Virus record (IMG/VR): IMGVR_UViG_3300018004_000004
Coordinates: 1 to 64,000 of that record
DNA: 64,000 nt
Direction: 5' to 3' (one strand)
Shown: in pieces, positions 30,312 through 39,440 of the stretch
How positions within the stretch are numbered: position 1 is the first letter of the stretch
Layout: every line of letters begins with the position of its first letter
Notes under the pieces: generated by a model
The model's database searches: none
What the model was told of the DNA's origin: nothing
What the model saw: the letters and a program-made list of their open reading frames with translations, nothing else
Program-made: the position numbers and the translations under genes

Positions 30312-30647
30312 ATGCCCAACCAAGAAGTTAGTGTCGTCGTTCGCGATGACGGGACTGTGGTCTGCTTGGATCACCCTGAATGCAAATGCTTTAGGGAGAT
30401 GGGATCTGTAAAGACTCGGAGAGCCAGCCATGTGGAACCGTATACGAGAGGCTATCGTATGAGCTTCCACCTACTGAGATGGATTTTCGGGGATCAAGGG
30501 CGAGTATCAGACTGGACCAGGAGTTGGGACGTACTATGGAGAGTGAATCTTACTCCTGTAGGTGGTCCTATTCTGCCTGGCGCCACGATCCTAAGGGAGG
30601 CAGCCCTCAGACGAGAAGTCGAGTGGCTGAATAAGAACCTAACATGA
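30312..30647 (+). CDS. Conserved hypothetical protein of the type often found beside DUF1257/AAA modules
   Basis: VVRDDGTV, RRASHVEP, W.V.L.PVGGPIL, REAAL..EVEWL. Confidence 0.65.
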   Translation: MPNQEVSVVVRDDGTVVCLDHPECKCFREMGSVKTRRASHVEPYTRGYRMSFHLLRWIFGDQGRVSDWTRSWDVLWRVNLTPVGGPILPGATILREAALRREVEWLNKNLT

Positions 30648-30931
30648 ACGTTCCAATCGTAGATGTTTCATTTACGATCGTCGGCCGTGTCAAGTTGGAC
30701 ACTGACCGCGCAATGGAAGATCCCTGGTGGGACCAGTCCGTAAAGGGCTTGAACTTGGATGATAAGATCCAGTTCCAACAGGCGATCTCTAACTACATTT
30801 CGGCCTACTTACGACATGAGAATCTCCTGAGTGAGGTTCCTTGGTCTTGTGGGCCCGCTGATGTATACTCAGTCACAGTTGAGGTGAATAATGGCGGAAG
30901 CAACAACGCAGCCGACGAACGGAGCGTCTGA
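30644..30931 (+). CDS. Hypothetical protein; ends in tag-like ADERSV
   Basis: ATGA-coupled ORF. Confidence 0.65.
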   Translation: MNVPIVDVSFTIVGRVKLDTDRAMEDPWWDQSVKGLNLDDKIQFQQAISNYISAYLRHENLLSEVPWSCGPADVYSVTVEVNNGGSNNAADERSV

Positions 30932-32870
30932 ACATCCTGCATTCATTCAGACTTTCTTCGATAGCTACCGGGCTAAGGAAGCTCACGTCTTCATTTTCCA
31001 TGGAAACGTGAACGACTTCCCGAATAACTCCGGCCGGCGCGGTGATCTGCGCAGGGCTCTCGCTCTATCTTGCGATACTCCAACGATGATGCTGGAGTGC
31101 AAGGACGACGAGCAGAAGAAAGAAGTGAACAAGGTGGCTCGTATTCTGGCGTATTATACGATGTCCAATGGCCTTGAGTTCGCTAGCCCGGAGAGCAACA
31201 ATCTCTGGCGCCAAGTCATGAAGCAGTACATCAAGGACATGATGCCCGCTACGAGCGACACAGCCCTCGATGATCAGATCAAGGATCTGGAAAAGCCGTC
31301 GAACTTTGACATGGCTTTGAACACCTTGAACATCTGGTTCACTGCCTCCAAGAGATTGCATCAACACAATCAGAAGGTTGATGCCTCCAAGAAGGGGAGT
31401 AAGCTCCCTGATCCTCTGTTTACGATCGTGTTCTTCGATGGCGATGCTATCTTCCCGGCCGGCCAGATGTCTCAGCTGGCTAGCGATCGCGCGTCCATTG
31501 TGAACATTCGAAGCTGGGCCCGTGATGAAGCGCTTGGTAACAAGAACCGTGTCATCATAGTGACCCGACATATCTCTGATATCCATGAGTCTATTCGCGG
31601 TGGCGAGTCTGGTGTCAGGGCCATCCTGATTCCCAAGCCCACCTTGAAAGACCGTGAAGAGTGGTTGACCAACTTTGACGCCAGCTTGAAAGAGCGCGCC
31701 CAGAAGGGCTCTCCTCAGAAGCTGGGAGGCAAGGAAGTGACCTGTATTGAATACGCGCCTGGGTTTGATGCCCATACGTTTAGCATTCAAGCGGCAGGGC
31801 TTTCGCGCAAGCAGATGGAAAACATCTTCATGCGTGCCCAGTTGGATCATGAACCCATTGACTTCCCATTGGTCAGAGCTTTGAAGACCAAGGCACTGGA
31901 GGAAGAGTATGGTGGTCTCGTGGATTTCCGCGAACCCGAACACGGGTTTGATAAAGTTGGGGGGCACGAACACCTCAAGCGCTACTTTCAGCGGAAGATT
32001 ATTGCTCCGCTCAAGAAGGGTGACAAGAGGACTTGTTCCCGTGGGGTACTTCTCACTGGACCTCCGGGCACTGGAAAGACGGCCATCACTCTGGCTATGG
32101 CGAAGGAAGCTGGTGTAAACTTCATGATCGCGCACCTCGCGCGATTGTTCGGAGGTCTCGTTGGAGAGACAGAAAGTAACACTCAGAAGTTTATCGAGGC
32201 TGCTGACTCCGCGGCTCCCGTTATCGTATTTATTGATGAACTTGAGTCGGTGCTTTCGGCTGGCCGCACATCTGTCGGTGACTCGGGGACATCGTCTCGT
32301 GTATTCAACTCGATCATGACATGGTTGTCCGATGAATCCCGTTCGGGTCGTATCGTCGTTGTTGGCGCCACGAACCGTCCGGACCTATTGGACTCCGCCT
32401 TGATTCGTTCTGGTCGTTTCGATGCCATTCTGCCCGCGCTGCCACCCGCAGCTGGCGATGCCAAAGGGCGGTTGGAGATCTTAAAGGCCCTGACGAAGAA
32501 ACAAGGATTCAAGTTTGCTCCTGAGCTCTCCAAGACTTTGGAGTCTCATGAGGAAGGTATTGGAAAGATGCTGCATGATCAACGGATATGGACTGGAGCT
32601 GAGATGGAGGTGGTCCTGAAAGAGGCCATCGACAACGCATGCTTCGACAATCGTGGGGCCGTCGGCCTCGCCGATTGGAATCAGGCCTTCCATGACGTGC
32701 TGCCATCTACACGTGAAGTGGAAAAGATGATCGACCTGTCGCTTCTGTTCGTGAACCATCTGGGCTACTGTCCAGAAGATTGGCGTGAACGCGCGCAGAA
32801 GAAGGGTGAGATCATGAGCTCGATCAAATCGGGCTACGAAGACGGGACGATCTCGGACAGAGACGTCTAA
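30891..32870 (+). CDS. AAA+ ATPase (classical clade, Ycf46-like layout: degenerate N-terminal module plus active C-terminal module); ends in tag ISDRDV
   Basis: GPPGTGKT, pore loop GLVGETE, FIDELE, ATNRPDLLDSALIRSGRFD. Confidence 0.92.
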   Translation: MAEATTQPTNGASEHPAFIQTFFDSYRAKEAHVFIFHGNVNDFPNNSGRRGDLRRALALSCDTPTMMLECKDDEQKKEVNKVARILAYYTMSNGLEFASPESNNLWRQVMKQYIKDMMPATSDTALDDQIKDLEKPSNFDMALNTLNIWFTASKRLHQHNQKVDASKKGSKLPDPLFTIVFFDGDAIFPAGQMSQLASDRASIVNIRSWARDEALGNKNRVIIVTRHISDIHESIRGGESGVRAILIPKPTLKDREEWLTNFDASLKERAQKGSPQKLGGKEVTCIEYAPGFDAHTFSIQAAGLSRKQMENIFMRAQLDHEPIDFPLVRALKTKALEEEYGGLVDFREPEHGFDKVGGHEHLKRYFQRKIIAPLKKGDKRTCSRGVLLTGPPGTGKTAITLAMAKEAGVNFMIAHLARLFGGLVGETESNTQKFIEAADSAAPVIVFIDELESVLSAGRTSVGDSGTSSRVFNSIMTWLSDESRSGRIVVVGATNRPDLLDSALIRSGRFDAILPALPPAAGDAKGRLEILKALTKKQGFKFAPELSKTLESHEEGIGKMLHDQRIWTGAEMEVVLKEAIDNACFDNRGAVGLADWNQAFHDVLPSTREVEKMIDLSLLFVNHLGYCPEDWRERAQKKGEIMSSIKSGYEDGTISDRDV

Positions 32871-32877
32871 TAGGAAA

Positions 32878-32907
32878 GGGGCCCAGGAAGAATCGAGCCT
32901 GGGCTCC
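32878..32907 (+). other. Intergenic hairpin (possible terminator or processing site)
   Basis: GGGGCCCAGG-10 nt-CCTGGGCTCC just after the AAA stop. Confidence 0.5.
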
Positions 32908-32915
32908 TACTATTT

Positions 32916-33224
32916 ATGTTCCTCATACACGGCGGTTGTAGTAGCAAAGAGAGCTTCGAGAGATATAAAAAGTGGATAGCTGATGCTTGTCCCAAGGATT
33001 ATAAGTTCCATGAGACTTCTCATCCTGAAGATCCCACGTTTCCTTGTTTGGCTATCACTTTAGTGGATAACATTAACTTTCATCTGACATGGGATGTGAA
33101 GCACACAGTCGTGTCTAAGGATGCTTTGCTTACAGCCTTGGGTCTAAGTACTCAAGAGCTAGAGGTAAAGCTCGGAATGGTTTCAGATCCCGCACTGGAT
33201 GTAGTAGAATCGAGAGAGGTTTAA
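32916..33224 (+). CDS. Hypothetical protein; ends in tag VESREV
   Basis: ORF with C-terminal motif. Confidence 0.7.
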   Translation: MFLIHGGCSSKESFERYKKWIADACPKDYKFHETSHPEDPTFPCLAITLVDNINFHLTWDVKHTVVSKDALLTALGLSTQELEVKLGMVSDPALDVVESREV

Positions 33225-33875
33225 ATGGTATTGCTCATTTCCAACATAGCAAACTGGAATGCTGCATGCAAGAAGTATAAGATCGTTACCTCAGTGCCTG
33301 GGCAGTTCCCGGTAATGATCAGCTTCACCAAGCCTGGCAGTGATACAGATGATATAGATTACGAGCCGAATGCGACTAACATCTGTATTATGTATCCTGT
33401 CCATGCATGCAAGCTCCTGGCCGCCTGCTCCCAACAGCACTTGGGCGCCGCGGTAGATGGTATTACCCTGGTGAAAGCTGCTGCCTCTCTTAAGCCCTGG
33501 CATCAAGGCCTGGGTGGTATAGGCATGCAGAACGTTCAGAAGGCTCCGGCTGGTATCTCTGGTAAGCCGGCGTATGTGCTTGAGAACGAAGAGGATGGCA
33601 CTAAGTCGACGATCACATCCGACAAAGAATACATGGTCGGTGATGTGGTTCTGGTTGACGGAGTCGAGTATACAGTCACGGAAATAACGAAGGTCTTGTC
33701 TGATGGTGTGACGCAAGTCAAAGAAGACAGTGACCTGGACATCATGCCAGAGAAGCCTGGCATGCCCGGCATGGAAGAAATGCCGATCGATCCTACTCTG
33801 TTGGACCAAGCCTCTACGAAGATCGCCGAGGTCGGAGATCAGGGACACGTACTCGACGTCGAGAGAGACGTCTAA
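33225..33875 (+). CDS. Hypothetical protein with acidic C-terminal region; ends in tag DVERDV
   Basis: ORF with C-terminal motif. Confidence 0.75.
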   Translation: MVLLISNIANWNAACKKYKIVTSVPGQFPVMISFTKPGSDTDDIDYEPNATNICIMYPVHACKLLAACSQQHLGAAVDGITLVKAAASLKPWHQGLGGIGMQNVQKAPAGISGKPAYVLENEEDGTKSTITSDKEYMVGDVVLVDGVEYTVTEITKVLSDGVTQVKEDSDLDIMPEKPGMPGMEEMPIDPTLLDQASTKIAEVGDQGHVLDVERDV

Positions 33876-34087
33876 TGTATCCGCCTCTTGGGCCACCTAT
33901 TCCAATGCCTGGTAATCCAAAGATGGGAGTGTTATATCAACACCCCACCGATGGGGAAATAGGTTATTACGGAGAGTTAGGGAGATGGATCCCCTTGAAT
34001 AAAGTAACTACTCCTATTCCCATGGATGCGTTGAGAGTTGAGGAAGTATTGCTCGACAGAGAACTCATTGAAGAGAGAGATGTCTAA
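33875..34087 (+). CDS. Small protein with tail-fibre-like PxxPxxGxLY...W motif; ends in tag IEERDV
   Basis: PGNPKMGVLYQHPTDGEIGYYGELGRWIPL. Confidence 0.7.
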   Translation: MYPPLGPPIPMPGNPKMGVLYQHPTDGEIGYYGELGRWIPLNKVTTPIPMDALRVEEVLLDRELIEERDV

Positions 34088-34416
34088 TGACAGACTGGCA
34101 ACATTATGAGGGGAAGACCTGGAACCAGAAGTATTGGGAGACGTATGATGATGTGCCTTTTGGTCCGCCTCCCAAGCCTAAGCCTCCAGGCGTTCCTAAG
34201 TTTCCACCTCCTCAGAAACCGGATCCAGATCTCGTAGAGAAGTACAAGAAGTATCTCGATGAGCTGGAGAAGAATACGGAGAAGTTTGTACCGTGGGTGC
34301 CGTCAAAGCCCAAGCCGAAACCGAAGCCTAAGCCTAAGAAGAAGCGGAAGCCAAAGGCAGAGAAAGTAGCGCCTCCTCCGCCTCATGATGATACAATAGA
34401 AGAGAGGCAAATATGA
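34087..34416 (+). CDS. Pro/Lys-rich low-complexity protein; ends in tag IEERQI
   Basis: KPKPKPKPKP tract; C-terminal motif. Confidence 0.7.
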   Translation: MTDWQHYEGKTWNQKYWETYDDVPFGPPPKPKPPGVPKFPPPQKPDPDLVEKYKKYLDELEKNTEKFVPWVPSKPKPKPKPKPKKKRKPKAEKVAPPPPHDDTIEERQI

Positions 34417-34576
34417 GTCACTTCCCACACATATGCCACTATTGCCATAGGATTATCTGGCCGTGGCAGGCTATTACCTGGAATCCTCTGTGGAACATCT
34501 GGAACGTCTATGATTACTTCCACCGGCCGACGTGCTGGGAGAAGTGGTTGGACCAGCACGGAACCAAGGGGTCAGA

Positions 34577-35683
34577 ATGATCCGTCTTTGCATGATGGTT
34601 AAGAACGAGTCCGAGAGGATTCGCCCGGCTTTGCAATCCGCCAAGCCTTTTATAGGGCGCTGGTTGATCATCGACACCGGGTCCACGGATGACACCAAGA
34701 ACATTATCCTGGATGAGATGCATGGAATCCCGGGTAATCTTGTTGACCGGCCGTGGGTCGGTTGGACACACAATCGCAATGAGCTCATTGAGATTGCCAA
34801 GGAACCCAGTCCGGCGGACTTCCTAATGCTGCTGGATGGCGATCAAGTAATCGTTCCGCAGACTACCGGCGAGTTGAAGTTGGATCCTGACGTAGCCTAT
34901 TGGGCTATTCATCGCCAGGGAACCACAGAGTTCAAGAAGCCATTCATTATACCGGCCAAGTACAACTGGCATCATGTTGGTGCCACACATGAGTACTTGA
35001 CGTGTGAACCGGATAAACCTAAGGTAGAGTTACTACCTATCGTTATCCAGGAGTCCGGCCGGCCAAAGACGACGGAGTATTTCCTGAACGACGCCAAGAT
35101 CCTCGAGGCGGAGCTGGAGAAGGATCCGAACAACTCTCGGAATGTATTCTACCTGGCTCAGAGCTATCGGGATGCCGGGTCCTACAGCAAAGCCATAGAG
35201 CTCTATCTGAAGAGGGCTACTATGGGTGGCTGGTACGAAGAAGTATGGTATTCTTTGTATCAGGTCGCGGTCCTTGAGATGAAGAGAGGGGACACCTGGA
35301 ACATAGTCATTGCAGATTTCCTGCATGCTTATGACTTCAATCCAAATAGGTCCGAGTCCTTGGGTGCCCTCGCGCGGTATTGCCGGGAGAAGAAGATGTA
35401 CAACCTGGCATACATATTCGCCGAGAAGGCTTGTCAGATTCCCCTCGCAGATGATAAGCTCTTCATGGATAAGAGCTTCTGTGAGTGGCGGAATCGAGAT
35501 GAATATGCCTTGGCTGCTTTCTTCACCGGCCGATTTCATGAGGCAGCCAACACGTGGGCATCTTTGTTAATGGGAGTGAAGGAAGGTCAACATCTTCCTG
35601 ACTCTGAAAAGGAACGTGTTCAAAAGAACTATGAGTTCGCGCGCGAGAAAGTGTTCGCGAGCCCAAGCGTGGAGAAAGCATGA
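34577..35683 (+). CDS. GT2-family glycosyltransferase with C-terminal TPR repeats
   Basis: LCMMVKNE, IDTGSTDDT, RNE, LLDGD, RNVFYLAQSYRD and following TPR helices; start at ATGA 34577. Confidence 0.88.
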   Translation: MIRLCMMVKNESERIRPALQSAKPFIGRWLIIDTGSTDDTKNIILDEMHGIPGNLVDRPWVGWTHNRNELIEIAKEPSPADFLMLLDGDQVIVPQTTGELKLDPDVAYWAIHRQGTTEFKKPFIIPAKYNWHHVGATHEYLTCEPDKPKVELLPIVIQESGRPKTTEYFLNDAKILEAELEKDPNNSRNVFYLAQSYRDAGSYSKAIELYLKRATMGGWYEEVWYSLYQVAVLEMKRGDTWNIVIADFLHAYDFNPNRSESLGALARYCREKKMYNLAYIFAEKACQIPLADDKLFMDKSFCEWRNRDEYALAAFFTGRFHEAANTWASLLMGVKEGQHLPDSEKERVQKNYEFAREKVFASPSVEKA

Positions 35684-35863
35684 CGGATATGGAAGACAAG
35701 AAGAAAGCGAAGAAGAAGAAGTTCAACATCGCCGGCAGTTCGAAGAGCCCTGGCAAGCAACTGATTCAAGCGAAGCAGATTACTACCAGTAAGGCCTCTC
35801 GTGGATTTAGCACGAAGAAGCCCGTGAAGACTCACTCTAGTTATCCTCTATAAGGAGAGAATC

Positions 35864-36343
35864 ATGGAACTGTATGTCAAGAAACTACAGGAGCATGCGA
35901 AGCTGCCCCAGAGAGCGCATCCTGGGGATCTCGGGTTTGATCTTTTCGCCCTCGAGACGGTGGCTGTACAGCCCGGTCAAACTGTTGCGGTCAAGACAGG
36001 CATTGCTTGCGAGTTTCCGGAGGGCTGGGGCGGAATCATTAAAGCTCGTAGCTCACAAGGGAAGGCTGGCATCGATGTCTTCGGAGGCGTGGTTGACAGT
36101 GGTTACAGGGGTGAAATCACTGTCCTGTTGTACAACTCGAACGCGCCGATAGAGTTCCGCGGTTCAGGAGGTCCACTTGGACCCAACGATTTCTATCAAT
36201 ATGACCCAACGGTCATTTACAACCATGGAGACAAGGTTGCTCAACTGGTATTGGTTCCGGTGTTTCCCGGCACTATTCAGGAAGCTACCACTCTGGGTGA
36301 GAGTTCTCGGGGTACACAAGGCTTTGGCTCGACAGGGCGGTAA
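35864..36343 (+). CDS. dut: Trimeric dUTPase
   Basis: GFDL, ARSS, GVVDSGYRGEI, AQLV, RGTQGFGSTG. Confidence 0.95.
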   Translation: MELYVKKLQEHAKLPQRAHPGDLGFDLFALETVAVQPGQTVAVKTGIACEFPEGWGGIIKARSSQGKAGIDVFGGVVDSGYRGEITVLLYNSNAPIEFRGSGGPLGPNDFYQYDPTVIYNHGDKVAQLVLVPVFPGTIQEATTLGESSRGTQGFGSTGR

Positions 36344-36382
36344 GGGTAAACTGGTTTACATACAGCGGATCAGGAGAACGGA

Positions 36383-37099
36383 ATGAAAGGTCGATTGATT
36401 ACGTTCGAAGGTGTTGACGGTACAGGCAAGACCACTCAAATGGAGATGCTTGGCGCCCGGATGAGGGAGGAAGGCTATGGAGTCGTCGTTACTAAGGAGC
36501 CTGGCAGCCCGGTGGATCCTACCGACCTGGGTAGTGCGATACGCCAGGTTCTGTTCCACACGGTTACGACTCACAACATGGCTCGGGGAGTGGCTGATTG
36601 CCTATTCCTCGCCGATCACATTCAGCATGTGGCAAAGGTGGTTGAGCCGGCCCTTGAAAAGGGTTTAGTGGTCCTGTCCGATCGCTATGCGGATTCTGAA
36701 TGGGCTTACTCGACTGTGAAGAACACGCCAGGTGCTATCCTGGATGCCTTCCAGGCGTTCTTTGGCCCTATTCCGGACATCACTGTGCTCTTCGTAGCAT
36801 CAGATGTGGATGCTTTCCTCGAGCGCGCGCGAGCACGCAGAGGGGACAACAACAAGCAAGCTGGCAAGAAGTGGAATGACACGCAAGACCAGCTGCGCAT
36901 CCAACAGGAGTATCTGAATAGACTCGTAGGTCAGGATCGCACGATCGTGATCACCGTCTATCCGGACCAGACTCCTGGACAAGTATTCGAGATGGTCTGG
37001 GAAGCTATACAAGACCGTCTGCAGAAACCTGTGGAGTATATTGAAGGCGAGCAATCTCACGTTGTTGCTGTGAGCGACGCCGTTCCACAGGTCGACTGA
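36383..37099 (+). CDS. tmk: Thymidylate kinase
   Basis: ITFEGVDGTGKTTQ, TKEPG, LFLAD, VLSDRYADS. Confidence 0.93.
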   Translation: MKGRLITFEGVDGTGKTTQMEMLGARMREEGYGVVVTKEPGSPVDPTDLGSAIRQVLFHTVTTHNMARGVADCLFLADHIQHVAKVVEPALEKGLVVLSDRYADSEWAYSTVKNTPGAILDAFQAFFGPIPDITVLFVASDVDAFLERARARRGDNNKQAGKKWNDTQDQLRIQQEYLNRLVGQDRTIVITVYPDQTPGQVFEMVWEAIQDRLQKPVEYIEGEQSHVVAVSDAVPQVD

Positions 37100-37101
37100 T
37101 A

Positions 37102-37240
37102 TTAGGGCAGCTGTAGGTGGGTTGGACACTGCAATGTCCATACTAATATGATATCCGATTGCCCAGGAAGCGTCGGCACCTAGTTTAGTGGTGACAATAC
37201 TAACTTTCGGACCGCTTTGGATCCACCCACCTTGCCCTAA
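37102..37240 (+). ncRNA. Candidate structured ncRNA of unknown family
   Basis: Ends pair: TTAGGGCA/TGCCCTAA and AGGTGGGT/ACCCACCT; internal TGGACA/TGTCCA, CCGAT/GTCGG, CACC/GGTG stems; intergenic. Confidence 0.5.
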
Positions 37241-37248
37241 CTCTCTTT

Positions 37249-37348
37249 CCCTGAGTGGTGTATTGGTTTTTGGGCAATCATGCAGGCCGTCCATGGAGCA
37301 CGTCGGTCCTGAATACCGAAGGGCAAGGTTCGAATCCTTGCTTGGGGA
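37249..37348 (+). tRNA. Atypical or degenerate tRNA-like cloverleaf with about 30-nt D-loop insertion; anticodon loop CCTGAAT
   Basis: Acceptor CCCTGAG/CTTGGGG, D-stem GTG(T)/(G)CAC, anticodon stem TCGGT/ACCGA, T-arm CAAGG-TTCGAAT-CCTTG; no encoded CCA. Confidence 0.6.
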
Positions 37349-37356
37349 ATATTCTT

Positions 37357-37623
37357 ATGCCATCACTAATAGCAAATCAACACGATTTACCAGGCCCTGA
37401 ACCACAAGACTACACCAAGATGTTCTCCATTCCTTTGGAGGAACGTTGTGATGCCTGTGAAGGCATGGGTTTAGTTAGGTGGCGCCATTCAATGAATGGC
37501 CTTGACTGGATGAAGTGCTGGATCTGTCATGGGTCTGGACGCGCGCCGGCCGAGATGCTGGAAGCAATGGCCAAAGATAGAGCTCACAAGGCCGAGGTTG
37601 GAGAAGATGACAGAGCAGTCTAA
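37357..37623 (+). CDS. DnaJ-type CxxCxGxG zinc-finger protein; ends in tag-like EDDRAV
   Basis: CDACEGMG and CWICHGSG. Confidence 0.65.
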   Translation: MPSLIANQHDLPGPEPQDYTKMFSIPLEERCDACEGMGLVRWRHSMNGLDWMKCWICHGSGRAPAEMLEAMAKDRAHKAEVGEDDRAV

Positions 37624-37896
37624 AGGCTGGTCGGAGCAAGAAGAAGCAAAGATCGCCGAGCTAATGAAGGAAGACAAGCTTACTCGCATCCAAGCTATCC
37701 ATAAGATGCAGAGACTAAAGCAGGATAAGAAGTGGAGGCCTACCGATGCGTAAACTTTGGTGTCGTGTCTTCCACAAGCATGTCCGAATCCCTTTGCGTT
37801 TCGCAGGGATGTATGTTAGACTGTGTACCAGGTGTGAGCAAGATCAAATCAACGAGCTCTTTCGTATAGAGCACATTACCGGCGCCAAAGGAAACA

Positions 37897-39153
37897 ATGT
37901 TCAAACTGTTTGAGCACCTCGACAAAGCACTTGTAGGTATGGAGAAGCGTGATGACTGGACAAGCAAATCTGCCAGACTCTGGCCTTCGGAAAGTTCGGC
38001 TGTCCTGCTCGAACCCACAGTTGCGGGTTTTGCCGGGGGCTGTGGACGAAAGGTGTATTACAGGCTCACAGGGGAGAAGACTACCAGCCAAATGGACCCT
38101 GTCGGTGCGCGACGGGTTCGTACTGGAAAGGCTGTCGAAGAAGACACTACGCTCCAGGCTATGGAGGCCGGTCTGCACGTTGCCTCTGGGGTCAGACACT
38201 ACGTGCCAAACATTGATCTGGCCTTTGAGCTGGACCTTGTTGTCCTAGATCCACAATCCAGCCAACCGGTGATATGTGAAAACAAATCGATCTACGGCTA
38301 TATGGCCCAGAAGGAAATCATTGGTGGCCCTTATGCGAAGGGCAAACCAAAGCTCGAGCATGTTCTCCAGACACTCATTTATATCAACGAGATACGTTCT
38401 GGTGCCAACCTCAAGCAAATCATTGCAACTGCGCAAGCGGATAAACCAACTAATCCGCGCAACCGAGTCCGGGTCACAGACGTGAACCTGGGGATGATCA
38501 AAGATGATGCGACCGTGTATGGCAAGATCTGCTACGAGACACGAGACACCTGCCTCACTGCGGAGTTCGATATCGAAATCTACGAGGATTATGATGGCCT
38601 CCACTATCCTCAAGTCAACGGCGATGTTTGGCGCATTTTCACGGTGGAGTCGATTTATGAACGCTTCGAACAGATCCAGGGTTACTTTAACCGATCACAG
38701 GCTGAAGCGATCCGGAGGCTCCAGGAGCAAGGGACAATCCGTCCAGCCTCCTTGCCCGCGGAAGCGTCGGAAGAGGCTGTAATCGCCTGGAAAGGCCAGG
38801 AAAAGGCCTTCTGGGAGAGGGTCGGGGAGGAGATGAGACGCCTACCGGTGTCCTACCTACCCCCAGCAGACTACCGCTACCGGTATACGGACATAGCCAT
38901 CGAAAGCTTTGCTGAGAAGGGCTTTATCGGCAAGACCAAGTTCGCCGAATGGAAGTCCTGGAAGAACGGCAAGAGCCGGAAGTGGAAGGAGTCCAAGATC
39001 GGACCTATCATTGGGGACTGGCAGTGTCGGTACTGCCCCTATAAGTTCCCTTGTATTGCTCTGGAGTACCCAGACCTGGCGCCCATGGTCAACGACGTCC
39101 TGGCCGCCCAGGCAGATGAAGAAGAGTCGGAAGACGCAGAGAGGAAAGTCTAA
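37897..39153 (+). CDS. Cas4/RecB-like PD-(D/E)xK exonuclease with probable Fe-S cysteines; ends in tag-like DAERKV
   Basis: GCGRKVYY, ELDLVV, ENKS, QTLIY, CRYCPYKFPC. Confidence 0.75.
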   Translation: MFKLFEHLDKALVGMEKRDDWTSKSARLWPSESSAVLLEPTVAGFAGGCGRKVYYRLTGEKTTSQMDPVGARRVRTGKAVEEDTTLQAMEAGLHVASGVRHYVPNIDLAFELDLVVLDPQSSQPVICENKSIYGYMAQKEIIGGPYAKGKPKLEHVLQTLIYINEIRSGANLKQIIATAQADKPTNPRNRVRVTDVNLGMIKDDATVYGKICYETRDTCLTAEFDIEIYEDYDGLHYPQVNGDVWRIFTVESIYERFEQIQGYFNRSQAEAIRRLQEQGTIRPASLPAEASEEAVIAWKGQEKAFWERVGEEMRRLPVSYLPPADYRYRYTDIAIESFAEKGFIGKTKFAEWKSWKNGKSRKWKESKIGPIIGDWQCRYCPYKFPCIALEYPDLAPMVNDVLAAQADEEESEDAERKV

Positions 39154-39440
39154 TGTCATTCAACGAACAGCAGTTCGAAGGCATCGTGGCCGAGCTCAAG
39201 AAAGAGCTGGAGTATGCCAACAATCTTTGGGGCACTGAGTTCGACGATAAGAACACAGCCAATGATTGGGCGGCCTACATCGGGATCTACACCGGCCGCG
39301 CAGTAGAGATGGATCGCACTACCCGCCTATTCAACCCTATCCGTTTCCGTAAGGATATGTTGAAGGTAGCTGGGCTAGCTATATCGGCTATCCAGACTTT
39401 GGATCGGCAAGGTATTGCTAAGCGGCACTACGATAAGTAA
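39153..39440 (+). CDS. Small all-alpha protein, possibly MazG-like NTP pyrophosphatase fold
   Basis: E..Y....WG...D.....W...I...........DMLKVAGLAISAI; similar to 57507-57773. Confidence 0.45.
   Translation: MSFNEQQFEGIVAELKKELEYANNLWGTEFDDKNTANDWAAYIGIYTGRAVEMDRTTRLFNPIRFRKDMLKVAGLAISAIQTLDRQGIAKRHYDK

Noticed and set aside
31065-32135. Long minus-strand ORFs (this 356-aa one and others such as 2100-2777 and 50181-50885)
   Set aside because: Antisense shadows of well-supported plus-strand genes with no recognisable motifs.
37255-37356. N-terminal extension of ORF 37255-37623
   Set aside because: It overlaps the tRNA-like cloverleaf; ATG 37357 is the more plausible start.
37897-39153. CRISPR-Cas locus based on the Cas4-like nuclease
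   Set aside because: No other cas genes or arrays; solo Cas4-like nucleases are common in phage recombination modules.
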